64,000 nt of DNA from positions 714 through 64,713 of IMG/VR virus record IMGVR_UViG_3300031998_002794; one strand, 5' to 3'. Positions 9,631 through 18,775 of this stretch are shown one piece after another. The DNA is from a virus (taxonomy: Duplodnaviria; Caudoviricetes). The notes under the pieces are model-generated. The model was given only the letters and a program-made list of their open reading frames with translations, ran no database searches and was not told the origin of the DNA. Within the stretch, counting starts at the first letter, position 1; each line of letters starts with the position of its first letter. The position numbers and the translations under genes are program-made.

Positions 9631-11436
9631 ATGAAGTTATTAAAATACATCATCATCGCATTGGTGCTGCTTTGCTCAAGCGGATTTGCTGTGGGCCTTG
9701 CAGATGGAGCTGCCAAGTTCGTTGGCAACATCACTACTAACGGTCAGGTCCGTTCGGACTTTGGTCAGTACTGGAACCAAATCACTGCAGAGAATGAATG
9801 TAAGTGGGCGTCTATTGAAGGCAGCCGTGGAAATTATAACTGGCGTGGTTGTGACGCTGCTTATAATTGGGCAAAGCAGAATAACGCTCACTTCAAGTTT
9901 CATGCTCTCGTCTGGGGTTCTCAATATCCAAACTGGTTGAATGGACTTTCAGTTGACGAAACGAAGAAAGCAATTACAGCTTGGTTTGACGCAGTTAAGA
10001 ACCATTATCCTGATTTGGAAATGATTGACGTAGTTAATGAAGCCATCAAGTCAGGTGGTTCATATCACTCTGGATACGGTAACGGAAACAACATTATTGG
10101 TGCTCTCGGCGGAGACAATGGAAATTATGAATTCGTTGTTACTGCCTTTAAGATGGCTCGTGAACGATGGCCAGATGCTATCTTAATTTATAATGACTAT
10201 AATACTGTCCAGTGGCAGAAGAATGAAGGTATTGACCTCATCAATAAGATTAAGAAAGCTGGTGCTCCGGTAGACGCTTACGGACTTCAGGCACACGACA
10301 TGCAGAAGGCTGGTGGCGGTAACGGCGGTACTGGTGGTGGCGGTACCTGTTTGGACATTAATCAGTTGAAGTCCGCTATTGAAGAAATTTGGACAAAGAC
10401 ACAGATGCCAATGTTCATTTCAGAATATGATATTGCTTCTGACGATGACAATGACCAGAAGAACTGTTATTCTCAACAGATCTCATACTTTATGGAAAAT
10501 GAACATATCGCCGGCATTACTTTGTGGGGCTACATCTATGGCTCAACTTGGACTACTAACGGCAACTCCGGCATTATTAAGAATGGACAAGATCGTCCTG
10601 CTATGACATGGCTCAAACAGTACTTGGCAGAAAATAAAGGCGTGAACTCGACTGGTCTTCCAACAGGCGACGGCGTAACTATCGTTGAACCTGAACCTCA
10701 GAAACCTTTCAAGGGTAAGGCATTTGATTTGACTGCTCCTATTGAAGCGGAAGACTTTGACATCCCAGGAAAAGGCGCCGGTAATAATTCATATCTCGTA
10801 TCTGGTGATTGTGATGATGTATGGAACACAACCTATCGTTCTGGCACTTCTGTAAAGATTGGCGATAAGAATGGTGGAATGGTAATTGGATGTAATGCAA
10901 CAGGCAACTACTATCAGTACACAATTAAGGTTCCTGAAGCTGGTAACTACATTGTCTATGCTACCGTAGCCGCTGATGGCGAAGGCGCTATTCTGTTCAA
11001 AGTTGGCGACAAGGCAGTATCTGATACAATGAAGTTCACAGGCGACTCATGGTCTAAATTTGATAAGATTAAGGGACATGCAACCTTCAGCTCTGATGGT
11101 GAACAGATCTTGACCCTTGAAATTGCTCAGGGCTACATTGATGTTGACAACTTCGAGTTTGCAGTAACTGACTGTGCTCCAGGAGATGTAACTTGCGGTG
11201 GTCCATCATACAACTGTGATGCTTATCCTGATGATCCTATGTGCAAGACTGTTGACTTTGACTTCCGTCTCGCAGAACAGAAGGTACTTAAGCTTTGGTC
11301 TGCCTTTGACGCTAATGGGAAGTGGATGGGAAATGTATCTGCCTATACAGCAGATGACGCTATCCGTTTCATGAAGTTGAAACCGGGCCTCTATATCATC
11401 AAAGCAAACGGTAAGTGGCAGACAGTAATTAAGTAA
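9631..11436 (+). CDS. secreted GH10 endo-1,4-beta-xylanase with a CBM6-like module and a Fibrobacter-type C-terminal domain
   Basis: Signal peptide; NQITAENECKW, FHALVWGSQYP, DVVNE (acid/base Glu at 10039), YNDYN, GLQAH, ISEYD (nucleophile Glu at 10423), GITLWG; IEAEDFD-initiated beta-sandwich; C-terminal FDANGK..G.YIIK. Confidence 0.92.
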   Translation: MKLLKYIIIALVLLCSSGFAVGLADGAAKFVGNITTNGQVRSDFGQYWNQITAENECKWASIEGSRGNYNWRGCDAAYNWAKQNNAHFKFHALVWGSQYPNWLNGLSVDETKKAITAWFDAVKNHYPDLEMIDVVNEAIKSGGSYHSGYGNGNNIIGALGGDNGNYEFVVTAFKMARERWPDAILIYNDYNTVQWQKNEGIDLINKIKKAGAPVDAYGLQAHDMQKAGGGNGGTGGGGTCLDINQLKSAIEEIWTKTQMPMFISEYDIASDDDNDQKNCYSQQISYFMENEHIAGITLWGYIYGSTWTTNGNSGIIKNGQDRPAMTWLKQYLAENKGVNSTGLPTGDGVTIVEPEPQKPFKGKAFDLTAPIEAEDFDIPGKGAGNNSYLVSGDCDDVWNTTYRSGTSVKIGDKNGGMVIGCNATGNYYQYTIKVPEAGNYIVYATVAADGEGAILFKVGDKAVSDTMKFTGDSWSKFDKIKGHATFSSDGEQILTLEIAQGYIDVDNFEFAVTDCAPGDVTCGGPSYNCDAYPDDPMCKTVDFDFRLAEQKVLKLWSAFDANGKWMGNVSAYTADDAIRFMKLKPGLYIIKANGKWQTVIK

Positions 11437-11460
11437 ACTGTTTGACATTATTTACAGTAA

Positions 11461-11485
11461 GGGACGCGAAAAGCGTCCCTTTTTT
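11461..11485 (+). terminator. intrinsic terminator
   Basis: GGGACGC-gaaaa-GCGTCCC followed by a T run. Confidence 0.85.
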
Positions 11486-11585
11486 CTATTTGGAAAGTTT
11501 TTGCGGCAGTACCCATTTACAAGTTCTACAAAATTGTTTAAATTTGTTTTCAGATAGAATAAATAACTAAAAGAAAGGAAAACGA

Positions 11586-14500
11586 ATGAAAAAGATAATT
11601 CTATACATCTTGGCTTTTGCGGCCGCCCTCTTCGCAGCTGAGGCAGACGTAAAACCACTTGTCTTCACAGGAGTCGCTGACCAGCAGGCTCAATACGAGT
11701 ACATGCTACAGTATAAGCTCTATGGCTACGAATACTTGAAGATCGGCCAGAATGACACCATTCCTGATAAGTCGGGATGGAACGGTTCTGAAAAAGAAAT
11801 TACAATGAACCATCAAGTAGTTCTTGGTGGACCAATCTTGACGCAAGGCGCTTTTACAGTCGGTAACGGTACTGACTTGAAGACTGGACCTGTCAGAGCG
11901 CAGTCAATGACGATGGGTAATGACAACGGTTCTAACTTTGCGGGCAACTATTGTGTAGCCGATGGAGTTTCAACTCAAATTTCCAACATCATCACTCGAA
12001 GCGAAGGCAAAGTATCTTGTGATTCAGTACCAGCTGCCCCGTCTGGGCTTCAGATGCCTACTCTCGTCTTCCCTGACACAACAGCAATGGAAATTACCGT
12101 GCCTGACCGTGGAAAGGTCTACATAGATATTCCCGACGAGCCAACCGTTGATATGTTTATTAAGTCTATCACAACAGGTACTGAAGACACATTGTATTTC
12201 CGTATGAAGAACAAGGGAACTCTTACTCGTGTATTCGTTGAAGGCTCTATTTCCTTCGGCAACCACACGGTAGTTCAGGTTGTGTATGCCTCACCTGATG
12301 GAGACAGCGTAATTACACAAGACAAGTTCCGTGGCAACCTCATGTTCTATACACAGGAAGACTTTAACATTCGTAACACTGACTATTCCAAGCTGCAAGG
12401 AACTTATATCTCCACAAAGAAGATTAACTTAATTTCAAACATTGACTTTGCTGGACAGTTGCTTGCTAATGAACTTGAGATTGGCGATAACTTCAGTGGT
12501 AAGAATTTCAGATTCGTTAAGTTCAACCCAGATACTCTTGACTTTCCTGAGTTGAATAAGCAAGGCGGCTTGAGAGAAAATGACAGCACAGTCATTATTC
12601 CGATTGAACTTAGTGATACATCAACTATTGAGGTATTCTTTACATACTGCTTTGATATGAAGGACGGAGTCACTGTTGAAGACTTCAACCAACCGCCATT
12701 CATTCCTGTATGTGGAGATACATCAATTACCACAAAGATTCCTATCGGTTCTAAGGCGCCAGTAGATACGATTAAGGTCAATGTAAAGGTAGATACTCTC
12801 GTAGAACCAAATGAATACTTGATTATGCACATTGACAGTATTAGTGGTGCGGTTTTGCCTAACGGCGAGACTTCAGGCGAGTTGAAGATTAAGATCATTG
12901 ATGCTAAGGCTGATACGAACAGAGCTCCGAAGTTCGCTACGGAAGATACTACTTTGTTCATTCCTGAAAACACAAAGCCAGGAATTATTGGAACTATTGC
13001 AGCGACTGACCCGAATGGCGACAAGTTGTCATACACCATTCTAGGAACGGTGCCATTCATAGTAGACAGCGTTGGCAATATAAGTTCTACAAGAGAGTTT
13101 GACTTTGAGAAGGAAAAGCAGTTCACATTCAAGTTGGTCGCTTCCGATGGTAAGTTAACTGACACTTGTAAGGTAACTGTTAAAGTAACTGATGTAAATG
13201 AGCCTGTTCATGCAAAGGACACAACCTTCAGCATAGATGAAGGTAAAGTCGGCGACCTAGGAAAGATAACAGGGGAGGACGAAGATGGAAAGCCTGTTAA
13301 ATTTACTGTCAATGATACTAATGCTTATCGCATCGATAGCACTGGGATACTTACCTTGGTAACTCCGTTTGATTACGAGAAACAGAAGACCGACACTGTG
13401 ACTGTATATGTTACTGATGGAACATTTACAGATTCTGCTATCGTAATCATCAACATTAAGAATGTGAACGGTAACCCTGAACTTCAACCAAATGACAGTT
13501 TGACTGTTCCTGAGAACTGCAAGAGCTGCATCGTTGGTATCATTACTGCAACTGACCCAGATAATGACCCAATTACCTATGATGTAATTCAGCAAGGATT
13601 TACGATTGACAGCAACGGCGTGTTGAAGTTGACTGACCCGCTTGACTTTGAAACAACACCTGAAGTAAAGATCACAATTCTTGCGAAGGATCCGAACGGT
13701 GGTGCAGATACTGCTATCTACGTCGTCAAGGTTACAGACATCAATGAGCCTGTTCATACAAAGGACACTACTTGTTCTGTAAAGGAGAATTACACAGGAA
13801 AGATCTGTAAGGTGACTGGTACTGATGAAGATAAGACAACTCCGACATTCATCATTTCTGACACAACTAATTATTCTATTGACTCAACAGGAACTATCAC
13901 TATCAAGAACCCGATTGACTATGAAAAGAAGACAAAGGACACTGTAAAGGTTATCGTCACTGACGGTGAATTTGCAGATACTGCGACTATCATCATACGA
14001 GTACTTGATGAGCCTGAAACAGTCGAGATTACAAAGTGGGACGATGAAAAGCCTAAGGACACTGTAAAGACTAACGATCCTGACCATCGCTTTGAATGGC
14101 AGGTATGCGAAGGCGACACTTGTAACGGTCACATCGAGACACCTCACATCAGAAAGGACACAACAATTAAGGTATGTAACGACAAGAAGACAGTATGCGA
14201 CTCTATCGTTGTTCTGTTCAATGACGCCCCTCCTGTGGTCACATTGACAAATGCGAAGAGCACAGACGCCTACATTGACTACATCACTATTGAGGAAGTT
14301 AAAGACGATAAGATCTACGTAAACAAGAAAGATAATCAGTTGACTGTGACTGTCAAGGACACTGTCCACAAGACAACGAAGTCCTTCCCAATTGACGTCA
14401 AGCTAGATACAGTCCATGTAAGTTCCAAGAACATCAAGGACTATTCATACTTGATTGACGAAACATTGGCGACATACACATCAATTGGTAATGGTAAGTT

Positions 14501-15767
14501 CGAGAAGAAGGAAGTTATCAAGGACGGCGATGTAGTTATTACATTGACTCAAATCGTTGATAAGCATCACGACAACTTGGACACTGTGCAGACCGTTACT
14601 TACACTGTCAAGCAGGATGGAAAGGAATTGACCATTTCTTATCAGACTGACAACTTGACAGGAACACGAGTTTCTGACTACAAGGTTGCATATAAGATTG
14701 ATTCTTGCACAACAGTTTCTTACTACTTGGACGACAATAAGAAGATCTCCAAGAATAAGGAAGGCAACATCGCTTATACTGTGACATACGACTATACCGA
14801 CGATTTCGGCAACAAGGCATCTTCAAAGGTTGACATTATCTTTGACGATATTCCGCCTAAGGTTCAGATCTTGTCGCCGACTGACTTCGAGAAATTCAAC
14901 TCTAACGCTGTAAACGTAAAGTGGACAGTAAATGGAGAGGTTCAAGATACCTTGACATTGCAGCGCCTCACTAAGGGCGTGAACCACGTCGTCAGACGCT
15001 ACGTTGATAAAGCCGGCAACGTCGCTACTGATACTGTGACTGTGATTATGAATGAAGCAAAGGACATTGACATTAGCCTCGTTCATCCAGTAACAGAAGT
15101 TGACCAAGACAAGGTTGACGAATGGTATAGCGACTCGCATAACAAGTATGATCCTAAGAAGCCTTACGTCATCAAGACAGTAGACCCTAAGAATGACACT
15201 TTGCCTGACGTTATCGGCGTTGGTTTCAAGGTTGACATTGCATTGCCTTCTGTCTCGCCGACTGGTGGTTTGGCAACACTTGATGATATCGTCAAGAACG
15301 GCCAGATTCCTGTTGATGACAAGGGACATATAGTTGGTGCTTCTACTAAGGGCATTCCTGTAGACCAGTATGTTGAAGAACATTGCACAGAAGACTTCAA
15401 GAAGGACTACAAGAAGCATGGTCTCAACATTCCATTGTATGATGTGACCTACAACATGCACTTGTGGATTTACACAACTCAAGCAAACTACGTAAATGAC
15501 TTCGTTGTAGAATATACATTGAACGACGAGGACAAGGCCACATCGGCTGGTACTGTTCAGATGGTCATTGACTGGCTCTCTGACAAGGATGGAAATGTAA
15601 AGGCTAAGAATCACCATTCACTTGGAACTTCTAGCTACATTACATCGCTTTACGCAAAGTCTGTCGCTAAGCATCGCTGCGACTACAATGAACAGAAGAA
15701 AGGCGACAAGACTGTAAAGAAGGATGAAACAATGAAGGTCTTCGGTTACAAGCGTCCGAAGAAATAA
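11586..15767 (+). CDS. secreted cadherin-repeat surface protein (Calx-beta-like, 4 cadherin repeats, Ig-like domain, C-terminal FGYKRP domain)
   Basis: Signal peptide MKKIILYILAFAAALFA; four ~90-aa repeats with PEN, DxD, D(F/Y)E and DxNEP Ca-binding motifs at 12918-14018; Ig-like DIPPKV..YVDKAGN. Confidence 0.85.
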   Translation: MKKIILYILAFAAALFAAEADVKPLVFTGVADQQAQYEYMLQYKLYGYEYLKIGQNDTIPDKSGWNGSEKEITMNHQVVLGGPILTQGAFTVGNGTDLKTGPVRAQSMTMGNDNGSNFAGNYCVADGVSTQISNIITRSEGKVSCDSVPAAPSGLQMPTLVFPDTTAMEITVPDRGKVYIDIPDEPTVDMFIKSITTGTEDTLYFRMKNKGTLTRVFVEGSISFGNHTVVQVVYASPDGDSVITQDKFRGNLMFYTQEDFNIRNTDYSKLQGTYISTKKINLISNIDFAGQLLANELEIGDNFSGKNFRFVKFNPDTLDFPELNKQGGLRENDSTVIIPIELSDTSTIEVFFTYCFDMKDGVTVEDFNQPPFIPVCGDTSITTKIPIGSKAPVDTIKVNVKVDTLVEPNEYLIMHIDSISGAVLPNGETSGELKIKIIDAKADTNRAPKFATEDTTLFIPENTKPGIIGTIAATDPNGDKLSYTILGTVPFIVDSVGNISSTREFDFEKEKQFTFKLVASDGKLTDTCKVTVKVTDVNEPVHAKDTTFSIDEGKVGDLGKITGEDEDGKPVKFTVNDTNAYRIDSTGILTLVTPFDYEKQKTDTVTVYVTDGTFTDSAIVIINIKNVNGNPELQPNDSLTVPENCKSCIVGIITATDPDNDPITYDVIQQGFTIDSNGVLKLTDPLDFETTPEVKITILAKDPNGGADTAIYVVKVTDINEPVHTKDTTCSVKENYTGKICKVTGTDEDKTTPTFIISDTTNYSIDSTGTITIKNPIDYEKKTKDTVKVIVTDGEFADTATIIIRVLDEPETVEITKWDDEKPKDTVKTNDPDHRFEWQVCEGDTCNGHIETPHIRKDTTIKVCNDKKTVCDSIVVLFNDAPPVVTLTNAKSTDAYIDYITIEEVKDDKIYVNKKDNQLTVTVKDTVHKTTKSFPIDVKLDTVHVSSKNIKDYSYLIDETLATYTSIGNGKFEKKEVIKDGDVVITLTQIVDKHHDNLDTVQTVTYTVKQDGKELTISYQTDNLTGTRVSDYKVAYKIDSCTTVSYYLDDNKKISKNKEGNIAYTVTYDYTDDFGNKASSKVDIIFDDIPPKVQILSPTDFEKFNSNAVNVKWTVNGEVQDTLTLQRLTKGVNHVVRRYVDKAGNVATDTVTVIMNEAKDIDISLVHPVTEVDQDKVDEWYSDSHNKYDPKKPYVIKTVDPKNDTLPDVIGVGFKVDIALPSVSPTGGLATLDDIVKNGQIPVDDKGHIVGASTKGIPVDQYVEEHCTEDFKKDYKKHGLNIPLYDVTYNMHLWIYTTQANYVNDFVVEYTLNDEDKATSAGTVQMVIDWLSDKDGNVKAKNHHSLGTSSYITSLYAKSVAKHRCDYNEQKKGDKTVKKDETMKVFGYKRPKK
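12918..14018 (+). repeat. four tandem cadherin-like repeats (protein level)
   Basis: Repeats 2 and 4 both start VH(A/T)KDTT and contain IDS(T)G and D(F/Y)EK; repeats 1 and 3 contain PEN..ATDP. Confidence 0.85.
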
Positions 15768-15790
15768 ACGAAATAACATAAAGACTTCAA

Positions 15791-15818
15791 AGGGTTACCA
15801 GCAATGGTAACCCTTTTT
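15791..15818 (+). terminator. intrinsic terminator
   Basis: AGGGTTACCA-gcaa-TGGTAACCCT followed by TTTT, then immediately TATAAATA. Confidence 0.88.
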
Positions 15819-15833
15819 CTGTATAAATACATT

Positions 15834-16586
15834 ATGGAATTAGTAGAAGCTTTGGAAACATTAAAATCTGCAGACTTGATTGCTGAATCATTGACAGCGA
15901 ACAGACGAAAGTTCTATGTAATGATTGACAAGTTGCTTGAACCTTTCGAGACTGACTCTTACTATTATGAAGAGCCGAACGACGCTATGGGCGAAGACGC
16001 TATCGTTCTTAAGCGTTCAATTCTTAAGAAGATTTCAAAAGAACAATTACAGCACATTGTTGATGTTTGTGGATATCAGATGTCTGTTCATGCCCCGAAG
16101 AACGGCAACGACATTTGGATAACACCAGTAAACGGTGATGAATTGCATGACGATAACTTTGTCTATGAAGACGGTTATCGTATTCTTTTCCATGTTAGCC
16201 CAGTCAAAGATCTTGACAAGAAAGGCATTCGTTGTAAGTCTCGCCCTACTGACAAAGAATTTGACGTTTATCATGGCCGTATTTACTGCATGATGACTGA
16301 CGACGATGTTGACCACGCAAGATCTATGGTCACTGCTGAACACAACAAGCACAAAGCACATCTATACACATATAAGATTAAAGTACCGAAAGGATACGAA
16401 ATCTATCCTGACCCGACTACTCCTGACGGTGTCTATTTGACAAATAACATACCGCCTCAATTCATTGAACGAATTGATGACTTTGACAATGACATTGACC
16501 ACTACATTGAAAATGAAGAAAAGAGACGGCATGACCTCGCTGCACGAGCAGCCAAGATAAATAATTTAGACGGTATTAAGCTCTAA
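15834..16586 (+). CDS. putative internal head protein with a His-type ADP-ribosyltransferase-like domain
   Basis: Leader MELVEALETLKSADLIAE; LFHVS..KGI..GRIY..YKIKVP..PDP..GVY..NIPPQFI pattern. Confidence 0.55.
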   Translation: MELVEALETLKSADLIAESLTANRRKFYVMIDKLLEPFETDSYYYEEPNDAMGEDAIVLKRSILKKISKEQLQHIVDVCGYQMSVHAPKNGNDIWITPVNGDELHDDNFVYEDGYRILFHVSPVKDLDKKGIRCKSRPTDKEFDVYHGRIYCMMTDDDVDHARSMVTAEHNKHKAHLYTYKIKVPKGYEIYPDPTTPDGVYLTNNIPPQFIERIDDFDNDIDHYIENEEKRRHDLAARAAKINNLDGIKL

Positions 16587-16595
16587 AGGAATTTT

Positions 16596-18515
16596 ATGAA
16601 CGAAGAAAACAGCTTTATCAAGTATCTTGTAGATGAAGGCGTTCTCGACGGTGACATTAGCCGTTGGGATATGGCTAAGATTAACAAAGGTATTGCTCCA
16701 AAGTGGGCAAAGAAGGTGACTGAAATCGGACCTCGCCCGAAGCGTCCTGAAACAAGTTCATCACCTTCTGAAGTAGCGATGCGCAGAGTCACTGAACCGA
16801 ACTATCGCCCAGCATACCGTGAAAGCGATATGAAGGCAGACAACGCTGCAGAACAGAAAATGAATCAGCGCATAGCTGATATTCTTCAGAAGAAACTCGA
16901 CTTCCCTATCGCTGCTACAAAAGACGATATTACGATTAACACACCGCATGTAAGATTCTTCGTTTACCCATACGGTTTCGTCTACAAAGTAAAAGCAGTC
17001 TACAGTCCAACCCGTAAAGAAATGAAAGACTGCGAAAGTATTGCTGAAGTTATTCAGTTCATTCAGGCTTGCCTTTCAAAAGACATGCAGATTGAAACTG
17101 CTCTCGGCATTCTTAAGGATAATGGAGCTGAAATCATCAAGGAAGATACTGACGAATATGATGACGCTGACCTCGGTATCAACGTAAACCCTAAAGAATA
17201 CCATAAGCAAAAGGGCTTGATGAAATCCTTGAAAGACCGTATCATCGATGTCTATGAGGAATTCATTCACCGTAAAGAAAAAGAAGCTGAACAGTCCTGG
17301 AAGAAAAATGTTAAGTACCGCGCAGGTACTAACGATGAAGACAGCCTTATGGAAAACTATGAAGATTGCTGGAATGAAAAGTTCCCGCATAAGAACACAA
17401 TGACTCCATTCGAGTTCTATAAGGTAATGATGTCAAACTACGATACCCGTGACTTCATCAAGTCTAAGACTGGTAAGCAAATGGGAAATTACGTCCAGCC
17501 AGATCACGATGACGACGACGATGATGATACAAGCCTTGAAAAACCGAAAAATGGTGACTTTGAATACTGCCAGCGATGCTGTAAGAGTCCAACTAACAAG
17601 AAGAAATTCATTGCAGAAATCAAGAGCTTGTTAAGCAAAGCAAAAACTGCAAAAGAATTCATCAAGCTGGCCGCAAAGCGTGGTGACAACTACTTTGATA
17701 TGTGGGACAAGCTTGATGACAAGATTGATAATCTTGAGGATAAAGACAAACCAGTTCCTAAGGAAATGAAAGAAGAATGTCAATTCTTTAGCATCATGAA
17801 CGATTGCCTTGAATACGAAATCGGTGATGAAGACGAATGGATTGGTATGTGCTGTAAAGAAGCCGGAACAATTCAAAAAGTTAAGAAGGTATTTGAGATC
17901 TTGTTTGCTGAAAACTTCAGTACTAATGCTGCTAAAAAGGCTGCTGCATTTGTTCTAGGTAAGAGCGGCAAGGAAAAGAAAGGAACTGCAAAGAAATCAT
18001 CTGAACAACAAGTACCACCTATCGTCAAGGTGATGTATAAGTCATTCATGGAAAAGATGAAAGTCAAGTACATCTACCGTGCAGTTAACGTAGACACTGA
18101 ATGGGTTGATGACCAGCTTGATGATATGGAAGACAAGTGGAACCAAGAAGATAAAGCCGAGTACTTGCGTAAAAACAAGTATAAGGAAAGAATGGGCTTA
18201 GCAAATGTCAACCTCCACGCAGTTGGTAAATCTTGGGCTTGGGCTGAAGATGAAGCAGATGACGTTTGTGGTGGCGATGGCGATACTTACATCATTGAAG
18301 CAGAAAATGATCCTGCTAACGTTGACTTGCCAATGTCTGCCCTTTGTTTTGCTGAATGGTCTCATTTCAAGAACAACGGTACTGTAGGTGGCGGTGAATG
18401 CGAAGTTCGAGTACTTAACGAACTTGATGTTACTGTAACTGACGTATTCATCGGTAAAGGAAAGAATAAAACTCACCTTAACCGTCGTGAAACATATTAC
18501 AGAGAAGAAAATTAA
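16596..18515 (+). CDS. large putative internal protein with a C-terminal R-S-E ADP-ribosyltransferase-like domain (Alt-like role)
   Basis: YIYRA (Arg at 18078), GKSWAW (Ser at 18231), GECEV (ExE at 18396-18404); internal leader copy at 17085. Confidence 0.6.
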   Translation: MNEENSFIKYLVDEGVLDGDISRWDMAKINKGIAPKWAKKVTEIGPRPKRPETSSSPSEVAMRRVTEPNYRPAYRESDMKADNAAEQKMNQRIADILQKKLDFPIAATKDDITINTPHVRFFVYPYGFVYKVKAVYSPTRKEMKDCESIAEVIQFIQACLSKDMQIETALGILKDNGAEIIKEDTDEYDDADLGINVNPKEYHKQKGLMKSLKDRIIDVYEEFIHRKEKEAEQSWKKNVKYRAGTNDEDSLMENYEDCWNEKFPHKNTMTPFEFYKVMMSNYDTRDFIKSKTGKQMGNYVQPDHDDDDDDDTSLEKPKNGDFEYCQRCCKSPTNKKKFIAEIKSLLSKAKTAKEFIKLAAKRGDNYFDMWDKLDDKIDNLEDKDKPVPKEMKEECQFFSIMNDCLEYEIGDEDEWIGMCCKEAGTIQKVKKVFEILFAENFSTNAAKKAAAFVLGKSGKEKKGTAKKSSEQQVPPIVKVMYKSFMEKMKVKYIYRAVNVDTEWVDDQLDDMEDKWNQEDKAEYLRKNKYKERMGLANVNLHAVGKSWAWAEDEADDVCGGDGDTYIIEAENDPANVDLPMSALCFAEWSHFKNNGTVGGGECEVRVLNELDVTVTDVFIGKGKNKTHLNRRETYYREEN

Positions 18516-18550
18516 CTCCCAGCCGAAAAGCGGACACGTTTCACACTTGA

Positions 18551-18580
18551 AACCCCGGGAAATTTCCCGGGTTCTTTTTT
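18551..18580 (+). terminator. intrinsic terminator
   Basis: AACCCCGGGAAATTTCCCGGGTT followed by CTTTTTT. Confidence 0.75.
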
Positions 18581-18775
18581 TGACTTCAAAAATCACAATT
18601 TTGCGGCGAAGTCCTAAAATTACTACTGAAAATTTCGTCAAAAAACGTCATTTTATTACACATTTTGACGATTTTCGTCTGAGATTCCCACGAAATCTCC
18701 CAAAGTGGGTAATTGCCAATATATCATCAAAACCGACGAAAATAAGTGTAATATAAATACTAACGGAGAAAGTAT

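Noticed and set aside
12404-15617. Long antisense ORFs (12404-13165, 13257-13757, 13884-14369, 14823-15617)
   Set aside because: They shadow a strongly codon-biased sense gene, have no RBS or motifs, and the same effect is seen under most genes in the window
9631-15767. Host chromosome flank (prophage boundary) as the source of the CAZyme and adhesin genes
   Set aside because: The genes are flanked on both sides by phage genes and carry phage-type late promoters; a chimeric assembly still needs read-level exclusion
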